64,000 bases of DNA, from NCBI GenBank assembly GCA_963805625.1, contig CAWDVE010000010.1, positions 1,856,001 to 1,920,000 on the forward strand. Reading direction: 5' to 3'. The DNA comes from an uncultured Candidatus Rokubacteria bacterium. GTDB lineage: Bacteria > Methylomirabilota > Methylomirabilia > Rokubacteriales > DASRDR01. Position numbers and translations under genes: made by a program. The notes under the pieces were generated by a model, which did no database searches, was not told the DNA's origin, and was given only the letters and a program-made list of their open reading frames with translations. Below, piece after piece: positions 39,555-51,375 of this stretch; positions within the stretch are counted from its first letter, which is position 1; every line of letters begins with the position of its first letter.

Positions 39555-39767
39555 CTGCGCGCCCCGCGGCGAGTGCGGAGGCCGTGGGCCAATGCCCACG
39601 GCCTTTCGTTCGGATCGGGCCGTGGCCTCGTGTGCGCGTGACGACGGCCAGAACCTCGCGGGGACCCCAGAGCCCTCCGGACTCGACCATTCTCCGGCCT
39701 GGCCCCGCCCCACAACAGACCCCGCGCCAACGCGGCGGCGCGGGGGGTGAAGAGAGAGGCGCGGGCC

Positions 39768-39932
39768 ATGTCTCTCGAGCGCTGGATCTCCCTGATTGCC
39801 GGGAGCTTCGGCACCGTCATGGTCGTGCTGAGCCACCCGCGCCGCCCATACTGGCTCCTCTTCATGCTGTTCGTCGGACCCAACCTGTTCCAGTCCGCGC
39901 TGACCCGCTGGTGCCTGATGGAGGAGGCGTGA
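39768..39932 (+). CDS. DUF2892 (YgaP-like membrane) protein
   Basis: ERWISLIAGSF..WLLF..FVGPNLFQSALTRWCLME. Confidence 0.85.
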   Translation: MSLERWISLIAGSFGTVMVVLSHPRRPYWLLFMLFVGPNLFQSALTRWCLMEEA

Positions 39933-41128
39933 CCCGGACCCGCGCGGCTCTGGGGCTCGGGCTCCTCTGGCTGCTCTCCGCCTGCACGGGGGAGCGGGCG
40001 ACGGAGACGCCGGGGACGCAGCCGGCGGCGGTCAGCGACGTCCGGGTGGCAGTGGCGGCCATGACGCCTGTTCAGAACACGGTGGACGTCACCGGCACCG
40101 TGCGGACCAAGACGCAGATGCTGATCGCCAGCAAGGTACCGGGGTACGTGCGCGAGGTCCGGGCCCGCGAGGGGGACCGGGTGGAGGCGGGTGCGGTGCT
40201 CGTCACGGTCGACGCGCGCGAGTTCGTGGCCCGCGTCGACCACGCCCGCGCCGCACTGGCCGAGGCCGAGATGGGCCTGGATGAGGTGACGAAGACGCTG
40301 GAGGAATCCGCGGCCACCCTCCGCTCCGCCGAGGCCGACCAGGTGTATGCCGATGCCACCGCGACCCGCTATCGGCGGCTCTTGGCTGAGGGGCTCATCA
40401 GCGCGCAGGACTACGAAGCGGTCGAGGCGAAGCGGAAGAGTGGCGCGGCGGCCGTCGAGCAGGCCCAGGCGCGGATCCGCTCGCTCCGAGCGCGCGAGGC
40501 GATGATGGGCCACCGCATCGACCAGGCTCAGGCCGAGCTGAGGACCGCCGAGCTCACGCTCGACGACACGCGCCTCACCGCCCCGGCCCCCGGCGTGGTG
40601 GTGCAGCGGCGCGTGGAGCCGGGCGACCTGGCGGTCGCGGGGCAGACTCTGCTCGTGCTCGACGACCCCCGGGTCTACCGCCTCGAGGTCGAGGTGGGCG
40701 AGTCCGCCGTGGGGCACGTTCGCCTGCGCCAGCCGGTCCCGGTCGTCATCGACGCGCTCGGGCGAACGCTGGAGGGTCGCGTGGCCGAGATCGTCGCGGC
40801 GGCCGACCCGGGGAGCCGGACGGTGACGGTGAAGCTCGATCTCCCCCCGGACCCGGCGCTGCGCTCGGGGCTCTTCGGCCGCGCTCGCTTCCCCACCGGA
40901 GCGCGTGAGGCGCTGCTCGTGCCAACGGCGGCCCTCGTGGAGCGGGGCCAGCTCACCGGCCTCTACGTGGTGGACGATCGCGGCGTGGCACGGCTCCGGC
41001 TGGTGACCGTGGGGACCCGCCAGGCCGATCGGGTGGAGATCCTCTCCGGCCTCAGTGCCGGCGAGCGCATCGTCGTGGAGGGGGCCGAGCGGACGACCGA
41101 TGGCGCCCGCGTGGTGGCGGGGCCGTGA
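39929..41128 (+). CDS. RND efflux periplasmic adaptor (lipoprotein)
   Basis: Lipobox [26 protein letters not shown] and EILSGL. Confidence 0.93.
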   Translation: MTRTRAALGLGLLWLLSACTGERATETPGTQPAAVSDVRVAVAAMTPVQNTVDVTGTVRTKTQMLIASKVPGYVREVRAREGDRVEAGAVLVTVDAREFVARVDHARAALAEAEMGLDEVTKTLEESAATLRSAEADQVYADATATRYRRLLAEGLISAQDYEAVEAKRKSGAAAVEQAQARIRSLRAREAMMGHRIDQAQAELRTAELTLDDTRLTAPAPGVVVQRRVEPGDLAVAGQTLLVLDDPRVYRLEVEVGESAVGHVRLRQPVPVVIDALGRTLEGRVAEIVAAADPGSRTVTVKLDLPPDPALRSGLFGRARFPTGAREALLVPTAALVERGQLTGLYVVDDRGVARLRLVTVGTRQADRVEILSGLSAGERIVVEGAERTTDGARVVAGP

Positions 41129-44100
41129 CCGGACCGCTTGGGTTCGCGGGGCGCCTCGCGCGGACCTTCATCGATTCCAAGCTGACCCAGCTGATCATCC
41201 TGACCTCGCTGCTGCTGGGCCTGTTCGCCATCCTGGCCACGCCCCGGGAGGAGGAACCCCAAATCGTGGTCCCCTTCGCCGACGTCTTCGTGGACATGCC
41301 GGGGGCGGGGATCAAGGAAGTCGAGGAGCGTCTCAGCATCCCGCTGGAGAAGAAGCTGCGGGAGATCCCCGGGGTCGAGTACGTGTATTCCACCAGCCAA
41401 CCGGGTGCGGCCATGGCCATCGTCCGCTTCCACGTGGGCGAGGACGAGGAGCGGAGCATGGTCAAGCTCCACGACAAGCTCAGGGCCAATCTCGATCTGA
41501 TCCCGCCGGGCGCCTCCCAGCCGCTGGTCAAGCCCCGCTCGATCGATGACGTCCCGATTCTCGCCCTCACGCTATGGAGCGAGCGGGTGGACTCGTACAT
41601 GCTCCGCCGGATCGCCGCCCAGCTGGACGACCAGGTCAAGGCGGTGCCGGACGTGTCGGAGACCCGGCTGATCGGCGGTCTCCGGCGCCAGCTTCGCGTG
41701 ACCTTGGACCGGGACCGCCTGGCGAGCCGGGACGTGACGACGGGGGCGGTGCTGGCGGCGCTCGGGGAGGCCAACCGCGAGCTCCGCGTGGGGCGCTTCG
41801 CGCGGGGAAACCGCGAGTACCTGGTCGACGCCGGCACGTTCCTCGCGAGCGCCGCCGAGCTGGGACAGGTGGTGGTCGGAGTCTCCGGGGCCCGGCCGGT
41901 CTACCTGCGGGACGTGGCCGCCATCGACGACGGGCCGGAGGAGCCGCGGGAGTACGTGCTGATGAGCGGGCGCGGCGGGACCGGGGCGGTCGATCGGGGC
42001 CCGGGGCCGGGTCGAGCCGTGCCGGCGGTGACGCTGTCGGTGGCCAAGCGCAAGGGCACGAACGCGGTGGTCATCGCCGAGCGCGTGCTGGCCAAGGTCG
42101 AGGCCGTGCGGCCGAGCCTCATTCCCGCTGACGTCCACGTCACCGTGACGCGCAACTACGGGGAGACGGCCCGCGAGAAGTCCAGCGAGCTGCTCAAGCA
42201 CCTGCTCCTGGCCACGGTGTCGGTGACGGCCCTCATCGCGCTCTTCCTGGGCCTCCGTGCCTCCCTGGTCGTGTTGGTGGCGATCCCGGTCACGCTGGCG
42301 CTCACGCTCTTCCTCTACTACCTCTACGGCTACACGCTGAACCGCGTCACGCTGTTCGCGCTGATCTTCTCCATCGGCATTCTGGTGGACGACGCCATCG
42401 TGGTCGTGGAGAACATTGCGCGTCACGTCCACTTGCCCGAGAACCGCGATCGCCCGCGCGCCGCCGTGGCGGTGGAAGCGGTGGACGAGGTGGGCAATCC
42501 CACCATCCTGGCCACGTTCGCGGTCATCGCCGCGATCCTCCCCATGGCCTTCGTGGGGGGGCTCATGGGCCCGTACATGCGCCCCATTCCGGTGGGCGCG
42601 TCGGTCGCCATGCTCTTCTCCCTCCTCATCGCCTTCATCGTGTCGCCCTGGGGGGCCACCCGGCTGCTCCGGGCGCCGGTCAGCGGCGGGCCCGCTCACG
42701 AGGCGGGCGCCGAGGACTGGACGACCCGCCTCTACCGCCGGCTCATGGGGCCGCTCCTGCGGGACTGGCGGCGCCGCTGGCTCTTCTTCGGCCTGGTCGT
42801 GCTCCTGCTGCTCGCGGCGTGCTCCCTGGTGGTGCTCAAGCTCGTCCGGGTCAAGATGCTGCCCTTCGACAACAAGAGCGAGCTCCAGGTCATCGTCGAC
42901 ATGCCGGAGGGGACCACGCTGGAGGAGACGGCGCGCGTCAGCCGGGCGCTGGGCGACGCGCTGGCCGCCGATCGCGACGTCACGGACCTCCAGCTGTACG
43001 TGGGAACGGCGGCCCCCTACAACTTCAACGGACTGATCCGCCACTACTTCCCGCCGGTGCGCCAGGGGCCCAACGTGGCCGACATCCAGGTCACCCTCCG
43101 GCCCCCGGGGGAGCGAGCAGAGCAGAGCCACGCGATCGCCGGGCGGCTCCGGCCCGTGCTGGATCGGATCGGCACGCCGGCGGGGGCGCGAATCAAGGTG
43201 GCGGAGATCCCGCCGGGGCCGCCCGTGCTCCAGACCCTGGTGGCCGAGGTCTACGGCGACGACCGCCCCGCCCAGCTGGAGGCCGCCCGGCGCATCCTCG
43301 GCATCTTCGAGCGGACCCCCGGGGTCGTGGATGTGGACTGGTACGTCGAGGATCCCCAGCCGGGGTACCGCTTCGTCGTGGACAAGGAGAAGGCCGCGCT
43401 CTACGGGGTCTCGACCGGCCAGGTGGTCGACACGCTGCGCGTCGCGCTCGACGGCGCGAGCCCGGGGCTCGCCCACCTCCCCGCGGAGAAGGAAGACGTG
43501 CCCATCGTCCTGCGGCTGCCGCGCGATCAGCGAAGTGGCGTGGACGCGCTGGCCGCGCTCAAGCTCAAGGGGACGAGCGGCGGGCTGGTCCCGCTCTCGG
43601 AGCTGGCTCGGGTAGAGGCGACGACGGCGCCGCCCTTCGTCTACCGGAAGAACCTCCAGCGGGTCGTCTACGTGACGGGCGATGTGGCGGGGCAAGAGGA
43701 GAGCCCCGTCTACGCCATCCTGCGGATGAACCGCGAGGTCGACCGGATCCGTCTGCCTGACGGACACGGGGTGCCCCGCTACGTCGCGAGCCAGCCGTTC
43801 CTGACCGACCGGGTCTCGATGAAGTGGGATGGGGAGTGGCAGGTCACCTACGAGGTGTTTCGGGATCTCGGCCTGGCCTTCGGCGCCGTCATCGTGCTGA
43901 TCTACATCTTGGTGGTGGGCTGGTTCCGCTCGTTCCGGACCCCGCTGGTGATCATGGCGCCGATCCCCCTGACCCTGGTGGGGATCCTCCCCGCCCACGG
44001 GCTCCTGGGCGCCTTCTTCACGGCCACGTCCATGATCGGGTTCATCGCCGGGGCCGGCATCATCGTCCGCAACTCCATCATCCTGGTGGACTTCATCGAG

Positions 44101-44328
44101 CTGCGCCGGGCCCAGGGCATGCCGCTCGCGGAGGCGGTGGTGGACGCGGGCGCGGTGCGATTCCGTCCCATGCTGCTGACGGCCGCGGCCGTCGTGGTGG
44201 GCGCCTCGGTGATCCTGTTCGATCCCATCTTTCAGGGGTTGGCGCTGTCGCTCATGGCGGGCGAGGTGGCCTCGACGCTCCTGTCCCGCATGGCGGTGCC
44301 GGTGCTCTACTACATGGCCGAGTCCTGA
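41125..44328 (+). CDS. RND efflux permease (AcrB-like, TPREEEPQI subfamily)
   Basis: [27 protein letters not shown] and RFRPMLLT; 1067 aa. Confidence 0.96.
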   Translation: MTGPLGFAGRLARTFIDSKLTQLIILTSLLLGLFAILATPREEEPQIVVPFADVFVDMPGAGIKEVEERLSIPLEKKLREIPGVEYVYSTSQPGAAMAIVRFHVGEDEERSMVKLHDKLRANLDLIPPGASQPLVKPRSIDDVPILALTLWSERVDSYMLRRIAAQLDDQVKAVPDVSETRLIGGLRRQLRVTLDRDRLASRDVTTGAVLAALGEANRELRVGRFARGNREYLVDAGTFLASAAELGQVVVGVSGARPVYLRDVAAIDDGPEEPREYVLMSGRGGTGAVDRGPGPGRAVPAVTLSVAKRKGTNAVVIAERVLAKVEAVRPSLIPADVHVTVTRNYGETAREKSSELLKHLLLATVSVTALIALFLGLRASLVVLVAIPVTLALTLFLYYLYGYTLNRVTLFALIFSIGILVDDAIVVVENIARHVHLPENRDRPRAAVAVEAVDEVGNPTILATFAVIAAILPMAFVGGLMGPYMRPIPVGASVAMLFSLLIAFIVSPWGATRLLRAPVSGGPAHEAGAEDWTTRLYRRLMGPLLRDWRRRWLFFGLVVLLLLAACSLVVLKLVRVKMLPFDNKSELQVIVDMPEGTTLEETARVSRALGDALAADRDVTDLQLYVGTAAPYNFNGLIRHYFPPVRQGPNVADIQVTLRPPGERAEQSHAIAGRLRPVLDRIGTPAGARIKVAEIPPGPPVLQTLVAEVYGDDRPAQLEAARRILGIFERTPGVVDVDWYVEDPQPGYRFVVDKEKAALYGVSTGQVVDTLRVALDGASPGLAHLPAEKEDVPIVLRLPRDQRSGVDALAALKLKGTSGGLVPLSELARVEATTAPPFVYRKNLQRVVYVTGDVAGQEESPVYAILRMNREVDRIRLPDGHGVPRYVASQPFLTDRVSMKWDGEWQVTYEVFRDLGLAFGAVIVLIYILVVGWFRSFRTPLVIMAPIPLTLVGILPAHGLLGAFFTATSMIGFIAGAGIIVRNSIILVDFIELRRAQGMPLAEAVVDAGAVRFRPMLLTAAAVVVGASVILFDPIFQGLALSLMAGEVASTLLSRMAVPVLYYMAES

Positions 44329-44517
44329 AGGGAGACGCAGGAGCGTCCGTGGGGGTGGGGCTCGCATCCCGTGTGGGGCACGTGGGGGGAAACGGCAGAA
44401 TTCGAGCAATCTTCTCGGCACTGGGTACGGCCTGACCGGCGTGAGCCCTACAGGACACGAAGGCTACGCCAACGGAAAACGCCCCGGTGGGTGGCAAGGC
44501 TTGCGAGGCCGTGGCCG

Positions 44518-45360
44518 CTACTTCGTCCCCGCGCCGACGAGTACCTCGCCCGGAAACACCACGCCCGATGGCGTCTCGAACCCGCGATACGCGCGCTCGA
44601 TCTCCGCCCAGGCGTCGGCACGCGCCGCGTCGTCCAGGTGGGCCATGACGCGAGCGAGCGGGCGCGAGTCGCGCTGGGCAGCGATCGCCTCGGCCACCGA
44701 CGCGACCCGCCGCGGCGCGGGGACCGGTTCGACGACCACGTCGCGGAACCCAGCGGCTCCGAGCCCCTGCGCCAGCACGCCGGGCGCGGCGAGCGAGAAG
44801 GCGCGCACGAGCTCGGCGTCGGGCGGCGCCGGGCGCCCCAGCGCGCGCAGCACGGCCAGCGGGGTCGTTAGGTACGGGTTCCGCTCGGGCGTCGACCACA
44901 CGATCATGGCGAGGCGCCCGCCGGCGCGCAGCACGCGGCGCGCGCCGCTGAGGGCGGCCGCGAGGTCGGGCGTGAACATCAGTCCGAGACGCGAGATGAC
45001 GGCATCCCACTGATCGGGCTCGAGATCGATCGCCGCGACGTCGAGTACGCGCGTGGCGACGTGGCCGAGCCCCGCGCGCGCAGCGCCCGCGGCTGCCTCG
45101 TCGACCATCTGGGCCGAGATGTCCGTCGCGAGGACGTGTCCCTGCGGCCCGACACGCGCCGCCGCGGCGAACGCCTGGTCGCCGGTGCCGGTGCCGAGGT
45201 CCAGCACGCGCGCCCCCGGGCGCACCCCTGCAAGGTCGAGCATGCGTTCGGTCGCCGGAGCGAGCGTCGCGTTGCGGGCGGCGCTCGACCGCTGCCACGC
45301 CTCGACCGCGTCTCGCGAGCTCCACGCACCGAGGTTCTGTTCGTCTCCGGCTCGTTTCAT
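44518..45360 (-). CDS. Class I SAM-dependent methyltransferase
   Basis: VLDLGTGTG, TDIS, DAVISRLGLMF and LRAGGR. Confidence 0.9.
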   Translation of the reverse strand: MKRAGDEQNLGAWSSRDAVEAWQRSSAARNATLAPATERMLDLAGVRPGARVLDLGTGTGDQAFAAAARVGPQGHVLATDISAQMVDEAAAGAARAGLGHVATRVLDVAAIDLEPDQWDAVISRLGLMFTPDLAAALSGARRVLRAGGRLAMIVWSTPERNPYLTTPLAVLRALGRPAPPDAELVRAFSLAAPGVLAQGLGAAGFRDVVVEPVPAPRRVASVAEAIAAQRDSRPLARVMAHLDDAARADAWAEIERAYRGFETPSGVVFPGEVLVGAGTK

Positions 45361-45386
45361 GGTGTCCTCCGTCGGGCGGAAGGCGT

Positions 45387-47333
45387 TCAGCGGACGATCT
45401 GCCAGGGTACGGTCCGCAGATCGAGCCGCCACTCGCGCGCGAAGAACGGTCGGCCGTCGAGGGAGACGTCGGCCCGGAGGGCCGTCTCCTCAAACGTCTG
45501 CCACATCGCGAGAGACACCTCGATCGGGGCCGGCCCGTCCACGACACGCCAGACCTGGCGCGACTCCATCCGCACGGCCCCGGGGCGATTGCGCTCGACG
45601 CCGATCCTGGCTTCGAGCTCCCACGCGAGCTCGGCGCCGCCGTCGAGCCGGAAGCGCGACTTGCGGTGCAGCTCGTAGGCCGCCGACCGATCGTCGAGCG
45701 CCCGACGAACCGAGTGCTCGCTGCGCGCCTCGAGCTGGGCGGTCGGACGCTCCGACACGGGGGGCCCGAACACCGGCACCGGGCCGCGCGGCGCGTCCTC
45801 GGGCTCGACCGGGAGGCGCAGACGTGTCCCACCCCGCCCCGATCGGGCAACCCTGAAGGTACCGCCGTCGGGAGCGGGGACGAGGGCGGGAAAGTGTGAA
45901 CCGGCGACCGCCAGCCTCAGCCGGTGGCCGGCCGGAAGTCGGTACGAGGTGGGATTGAGCGGGACCCGGACCTCGTACGCGCGCGCCGGGTCGAGCGGGC
46001 CGCCCACGAGGTGGGCCGGCCGGACCCAGCCCTGGGAGATGAGTGTGGAGAACCCGCCGGGCGCGACGTCGGCGAGCCAGGCCCGGAGAGGGACGTCGGG
46101 GCGGTCGGAGCGGAGAACGACGGCCACCTCGGGCAGGCCCGTGATCCGCAGCCCGTCGGCCTGCGGCTCGCTGGTCCAGGCGAGCGCCCGGTGGTCATCC
46201 GGGGAGATGTCCGGCGGCGTGGCCGGCGTGGGCGTGGTCCAGTCCCACGGCAGCGCGGCCAGACCCACCGTCGGATCGACCCGGTAGACATCCTCGCCCT
46301 CCAAGGCCGGGTGGGTCGACAACGAGCCATCCGCTCCCGCGAAGAATTCCCGGATCGCGGCGGTCGCGGGAGGCCAGCGCTCGGCGGTGCGCCAGCCGCC
46401 GCCGAGCTGCTCGAAGAAGGTCACGGCCGGCCCGCCCGCGCCGGCGGCGTCCGCGCGCCCCTTCAACCAGCGGTCGAACCACCCGGCCATCGTCTCGAAG
46501 AACCCGATCGGCTCGTGGACGGCGAGGTCTGGCAGCTCGTGCTTCCAGGGTCCCAGGAGCATGCGTCTGGGAGTCTGCAGGCGGTCGTAGTACGCGGCGG
46601 TCTCGCGCGGGTACGAGTCGTGCCAGGCGGAGACCGCGAAGGTCGGCGCCTCGATCGCCTCGATGTCGGTCGCCCAGGTCCCCCAGGTCGCGGGGGGGAT
46701 CGTGTGCCAATGGAAGGTGAACGGCTGGTCGATCGCCTCGAGCCGGGCCCGCCAGCGGACCGTCCAGTCCTTGCCGAAGCGGAGCGGCGGCAGGAGCTGG
46801 ATGCCGGCAACCCGAAATCCCCAGTCGATCTCGCCGACGAGCGCCCCGCGGCAGCCGTGGGGCCAGGCCGCGCCAGTGTACTCGTTGTCGATCGCGTGGA
46901 TCGCCACGATCGCGCCCAGCGAGGGGGGCTTTGTCGAGGCGATCGAGAGCGCCGTGTTGCCGCCGTACGAGATGCCCCAGATGCCCGTCCGACCGGTGCA
47001 CCAGGGCTGGCCCGCGATCCACGCCAGCGCGTCGTGGCCGTCGAGCTTCTCGGCGGGCGCGAACGGCGGCGCCGGGACGCCCTCCGACTCGCCGTAGCCG
47101 CGGAAGTCGAGGCTGCAACACGCATACCCGCGGCGCGCCAGGGCGATCTGGCCGACCTCGATCGAGCCCCTCCCGCCCATTCCATCCTTGAGATAGGGCG
47201 TGTACTGGAGGAGCGCCGGGTAGCGGCCGGGCGCCTCCGGCAGGTAGAGGTTCGCCGCCAGGCGGATCCCGTCCCGCATGGGGATCCACAGGTCGCGCTC
47301 GATCCGGACGCCCGCCATCGCCCCCGAAGACAT
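45387..47333 (-). CDS. CocE/NonD family serine hydrolase
   Basis: IPMRDGIRLAANLY, DFRGYGESEG, WGISYGG nucleophile and GPWKH. Confidence 0.93.
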   Translation of the reverse strand: MSSGAMAGVRIERDLWIPMRDGIRLAANLYLPEAPGRYPALLQYTPYLKDGMGGRGSIEVGQIALARRGYACCSLDFRGYGESEGVPAPPFAPAEKLDGHDALAWIAGQPWCTGRTGIWGISYGGNTALSIASTKPPSLGAIVAIHAIDNEYTGAAWPHGCRGALVGEIDWGFRVAGIQLLPPLRFGKDWTVRWRARLEAIDQPFTFHWHTIPPATWGTWATDIEAIEAPTFAVSAWHDSYPRETAAYYDRLQTPRRMLLGPWKHELPDLAVHEPIGFFETMAGWFDRWLKGRADAAGAGGPAVTFFEQLGGGWRTAERWPPATAAIREFFAGADGSLSTHPALEGEDVYRVDPTVGLAALPWDWTTPTPATPPDISPDDHRALAWTSEPQADGLRITGLPEVAVVLRSDRPDVPLRAWLADVAPGGFSTLISQGWVRPAHLVGGPLDPARAYEVRVPLNPTSYRLPAGHRLRLAVAGSHFPALVPAPDGGTFRVARSGRGGTRLRLPVEPEDAPRGPVPVFGPPVSERPTAQLEARSEHSVRRALDDRSAAYELHRKSRFRLDGGAELAWELEARIGVERNRPGAVRMESRQVWRVVDGPAPIEVSLAMWQTFEETALRADVSLDGRPFFAREWRLDLRTVPWQIVR

Positions 47334-47929
47334 TACTCCGGTCTCTCCCCGCTGACGTGTCCGTCAGATTCTCTGGTTCGTCCGGAGATCCCGCCCGCCC
47401 GTGACGGCGGGACCAGCGGGCTTGCCGCTCGGTCCGGTGGGTTGATACTCCCACGTGATCCGGCTGTAGGCGAGCGTGACCAGCGGTGTCCCTGGGGCGT
47501 GACGGGGGAAGATCTTCGGACACTCGTCGTCACTTCGGGCAACGGCTGGTGGGCGTGAGTGCTTGTCACTTGGTTGCCATTTCGACGTGCTTCGTGAAGC
47601 CAGAACTTTCCGTGGGGCTCATCAGAGTCGCGTAGCTTCAACCCTTGCCGTCTTCGAGCGTCCAGTCCCCTGCAGCGGGCACGAACATAGGGCTGCCATC
47701 ACGGACACCGGTGTATCCTCTTGGGACGGGGGCCCGGGAGAGCCTCGAGGGGGACGCCGAGCCCGAAGGCCGGTCCTCGAACCATGTCCCCGGCCGTCCG
47801 GGCGCGGAACGAGAATAATCGCCGCCGCCGCTGGTGGCCAGGACCCAATGAGGAAGCCCGCCTAGAGTGCATGGCCAAGCGCCCCCTGCTACGAATGCGC
47901 AGTTCACGGCACGGAGACCAGAGACACAC

Positions 47930-49249
47930 GTGACCAGCCCGACCTTCCTCCATCCCGAGATCGAGACCACCGCGCCCGAGGCGCTCGCTCCCTTGCAGGA
48001 GCGCTTGTGGCGGAGGCAGTGGGACTACATACGGGCCCACTCGGCCTTCTACCAGCGCAAGTTCGACAGAGCGACCGATCGCGCGTTCACGCTCGACGGG
48101 CTGCGTGAGCTACCACTCACCGACAAGGAGGAAATCCGCGCCGCCCAGGAAGCTTGGCCGCCCTACGGCGACTATGTGGCCTGTGCGCCCGAGCAAGTGG
48201 TGCGCGTCCACCGCACCTCGGGCACCACCGGCCGCTCGCTCAACATCGCTTTCTCGCAGAGGGACGTCGAGCAGGTTACGCGGCTGGGCGGGCGGGCGAT
48301 GTTCAGCGCCGGCGCGCGCCCGGGTCTGCGCATCGTGCACTGCCTCAACTATCAGCTGTGGACTGGCGGCGTCACCGACCACATGATCATCGAGGCAAGC
48401 GGGGCGACCGCGGTGCCGTTCGGTGTCGGCAGTACCAGGAAGCTGCTCGAGACGATCACCGAGCTCGGCGTCACCGGCATCCACTGCACACCGTCCTATC
48501 CCGCTCTCCTGGAGAAGGTGCTTCGCGAGGAGATGGGCCGCGAGCCCCGCTCGCTGGGCCTCAAGCTCGGCCTCTTCGGCGGTGAGAGCGGGCTCGACAA
48601 CCGGGCCTTCCGCGACCGGTTGGAGGAGACCTGGGGGTTCAAGGTTCGCAACGCCAATTTCGGGCTTTCCGAGGTCATGTCGATCCTCGGCAGCCAGTGC
48701 GAGCACACGAGCGATCTGCATTTCCACGCGGCTGACGGCGTGTTCGTCGAGCTGCTCGATCCCGCGTCGCGCGAGCGCCTGCCGATCCGCGAGGGCACCA
48801 CGGGCGAGCTGGTCTGCACCCACCTCGCCAAGGAATGCCAGCCGCTGGTGCGCTACCGGACGCGCGACGTGCTCACCGTCACCGGCACCGGACCCTGTGC
48901 CTGCGGGCGTACGGCCTGGCGCTTCCGCGTTACCGGCCGCACCGACGACATGTTCAACGTGCGCGGCGTCAACGTGTTTCCGACCGCGGTGCAGCGCGTG
49001 GTGGCGGAGGCGGGGGACATCGCGTCCGGCCAGTTCCGAATCGTGCTCGCCGGCCCCGGACCCTACGACCGCGTCGTCCTGCGAGTGGAAGCCGCGCAGG
49101 GCATGCCGCCCGAGCGCTGGCCGGGTGCGGCCACCGACCTCGAGCGCCGGCTACGCGCCGCAATCGGCGCGACCGCGGAGGTGACCATGCTCCCCTTCGA
49201 GACCCTGCCCCGCACCGAGGGCAAGACGAGGCTGGTGGAAAGGAAGTAG
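47930..49249 (+). CDS. Phenylacetate-CoA ligase family protein
   Basis: HRTSGTTG, FGLSE, PLVRYRTRD and GRTDDMFNVRGVNVFP. Confidence 0.9.
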   Translation: MTSPTFLHPEIETTAPEALAPLQERLWRRQWDYIRAHSAFYQRKFDRATDRAFTLDGLRELPLTDKEEIRAAQEAWPPYGDYVACAPEQVVRVHRTSGTTGRSLNIAFSQRDVEQVTRLGGRAMFSAGARPGLRIVHCLNYQLWTGGVTDHMIIEASGATAVPFGVGSTRKLLETITELGVTGIHCTPSYPALLEKVLREEMGREPRSLGLKLGLFGGESGLDNRAFRDRLEETWGFKVRNANFGLSEVMSILGSQCEHTSDLHFHAADGVFVELLDPASRERLPIREGTTGELVCTHLAKECQPLVRYRTRDVLTVTGTGPCACGRTAWRFRVTGRTDDMFNVRGVNVFPTAVQRVVAEAGDIASGQFRIVLAGPGPYDRVVLRVEAAQGMPPERWPGAATDLERRLRAAIGATAEVTMLPFETLPRTEGKTRLVERK

Positions 49250-49251
49250 TC

Positions 49252-50010
49252 ATGACCTTCGTTACCCTCGAGCGTCAGGGCCCGATTGGCATCGTGACCC
49301 TCAGCCGGCCGGACCGGCTCAATGCCATGAGTCGGGCGCTGACGCGCGATGCCGAAGCCGCCTTCCGCCAGGCCAACGCCGATCCGGAGATCGCGGTGAT
49401 CGTGTTCACCGGAGCGGGGCGCGCCTTCTGTGCGGGCGACGATCTGAAGGAGTTCGGCGAGCAGTCGGCGAGTCCCGCGGCGATCCGCGATCATATCGGG
49501 GGCATCCAGGCGGTCACCCGGGCGATGATGCTCTCCGACAAGGTGGTCGTCGGCGCCATCCATGGCTATGCGGTCGGCGGCGGCTTCGAATGGCTGTGCA
49601 ATTGCGACATGGTGGTCGCAGCCGACGATCTCGTCGCGTTTTTCCCCGAGATGGACTGGGGCCAGTTTGTGACCGGCGCCGTTACCCACCTGCTGCCGCA
49701 GGCGATCGGATATCAGCGCGCCATGCGACTGATGGTGCTTGGTGAGCAGCATTCGGCACGGGATCTCGAAGCACTGGGCCTCGTCGGCTGGGTGCTGCCG
49801 AGGGAGGCGATGCTGCCGAAGGCCATGGAGATCGCGGCCAAGGTCGCCGGCAAGTCGCGCTATTCGGTCGGCAAGCTGAAGCGGCTCCTCTCACAGGGCT
49901 TGGACGACCGGCTGGAGCGAGCGCTGCGGCTGGAGGGCGAGATCACCGAGGAGGCGTTCGGACGCAGCGAGGCGGCCGAGCGGGTGCGGAAGTTCACCGA
50001 GCGAAAGTGA
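49252..50010 (+). CDS. Enoyl-CoA hydratase/isomerase
   Basis: GRAFCAGDDL, HGYAVGGGFE and PE. Confidence 0.92.
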   Translation: MTFVTLERQGPIGIVTLSRPDRLNAMSRALTRDAEAAFRQANADPEIAVIVFTGAGRAFCAGDDLKEFGEQSASPAAIRDHIGGIQAVTRAMMLSDKVVVGAIHGYAVGGGFEWLCNCDMVVAADDLVAFFPEMDWGQFVTGAVTHLLPQAIGYQRAMRLMVLGEQHSARDLEALGLVGWVLPREAMLPKAMEIAAKVAGKSRYSVGKLKRLLSQGLDDRLERALRLEGEITEEAFGRSEAAERVRKFTERK

Positions 50011-50224
50011 TACCAGGGCCACGTTCGTCGCGCCCCGTATCCCGCGATGGTGCAGTCGGCTCGCGTTGCAGAGCCTTGTGATCATCGAAGCGATGATCAG
50101 CGGCTCCGCACCTCCTCCTTGTTTCCCTCGCCCGCCGGATGCATACAAGGCCTTTGTAGTGGAAACATGGCGCAACCGTCATCGCCCGCCGACCCATGAA
50201 AAGCACGCCGTCAGGGAGGGTGGA

Positions 50225-50599
50225 ATGTCCCGAGACACGCCTGAGCACGTCCTCAAATCGATAGTTGACGGAATCAACGCTGGCAATCTCGACAGTCTCA
50301 TGCCTCTCTATGAGCCCGCCGCCGCTTTTGCGACTCAGCCTGGGAGCCTCGCGCACGGCTTACCGGGTGTCCGTCAAGCGCTGGCCGGGTTCATTGCCAT
50401 GAAGGGCACCCTCGATCTCAAAGTGACAAGGGTCCTCGAGGCGAGTGGTCTCGCGCTCGTCACTGGGGTGTGGTCATTCACGGGAACAGGGCCAGACGGC
50501 CAACCCGTGAAGCTGGCGGCAACATCCGCGGATGTCCTGCGGCGTCAGGCCGACGGCTCGTGGCGTTTTGTGATCGACAACCCTTGGGGAACGGCCTGA
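50225..50599 (+). CDS. SnoaL-like/DUF4440 protein
   Basis: INAGNLDSLMPLYEP and DVLRRQADGSWRFVIDNPWG; GGAGG RBS. Confidence 0.87.
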   Translation: MSRDTPEHVLKSIVDGINAGNLDSLMPLYEPAAAFATQPGSLAHGLPGVRQALAGFIAMKGTLDLKVTRVLEASGLALVTGVWSFTGTGPDGQPVKLAATSADVLRRQADGSWRFVIDNPWGTA

Positions 50600-50799
50600 A
50601 TATCGAGCCGCGGCCCACCCCCCGCACCGGCCGCGCACCATCGAGGTCGAGTGGGTCAGGGCTGCTTTCGTCCGCCAGCCCCCTGGCTCTCTGGCACTGT
50701 CCTCTGGCACTGGCCGGATCTCCATGATGAGCCCCGCGAGCTCTTCCGTGCGCGCACGAATCGCTTCGTGCCGACCGTGGGTCCGACTCACCTATTCAT

Positions 50800-51150
50800 C
50801 GCAGAGCGACAGCAACGGGGAGGTCGTGCGGAAGCCGCCGCGTCCGAGGGTGAACGCGGTGGTCCGGTACGCCCCGACGTCTAGCTCCGTCACCTGCTCG
50901 TGCGGCAACCCGATCGAGGCCCGTGGTGCTCCCACGTCGCGCCGCCATCGCCGGTGGACCAGACGCCGAGGTCGCAGCCAAGGTAGACGATGTTGGGATC
51001 GATCGGATGCACGGACCGGCGTTGAACGGCAGGTCCGCCGGCGGGCTCACGTCTGCCCACGTCGGGCTCACCACGCTGGCGTCATCGGTGCGGAAGACAT
51101 GGGCCGGCTGGCCCGGCGTGGCGGCGTCGTAGCCAGAGACGGGGTGTTCG
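50800..51150 (-). pseudogene. BNR/Asp-box (VPS10/glycosyl-hydrolase-like) C-terminal remnant
   Basis: HVFRTDD..WADVSPPADLPFNA / VHPIDPNIVYLGCDLGVWSTGDGGATW / GLPHEQVTEL..AFTLGRG across frameshifts. Confidence 0.65.
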
Positions 51151-51315
51151 CGTCGATGCACGCGCAGAGGGCGACTGTGGAGGCCGGGGGCCTCATGTCG
51201 TACGGGCCGAGCATCGTGGCCCTTGGCGACGCGGGGCGGCTTTCGAGCCGTCAGGGGCCCCGACGCCCGGGTGGGTGATGAGCCGCGGGGCATCGGGGTG
51301 AGCCAGGCCGCCGTC

Positions 51316-51375
51316 GTGATCGCGTCGGCATCAGCGACGGCGCGAAGCGCCGCCCGCTGGATGCCGTTGTTACGC
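51316..51375 (-). other. Solitary attC-like integron recombination site (R' degenerate)
   Basis: GCGTAAC contains the TAA stop of the upstream gene, followed by hairpin CGGCAT[C]CAGCG..CGGCGC TTC GCGCCG..CGCTG ATGCCG. Confidence 0.7.

Noticed and set aside
41572-44421. 949-aa minus-strand ORF
   Set aside because: Antisense shadow of the RND permease.
47334-47929. Long intergenic region with short ORFs and a lower-GC patch; considered as riboswitch/ncRNA
   Set aside because: No recognisable RNA motif or protein family by eye; an Rfam/BLASTX search would be needed.
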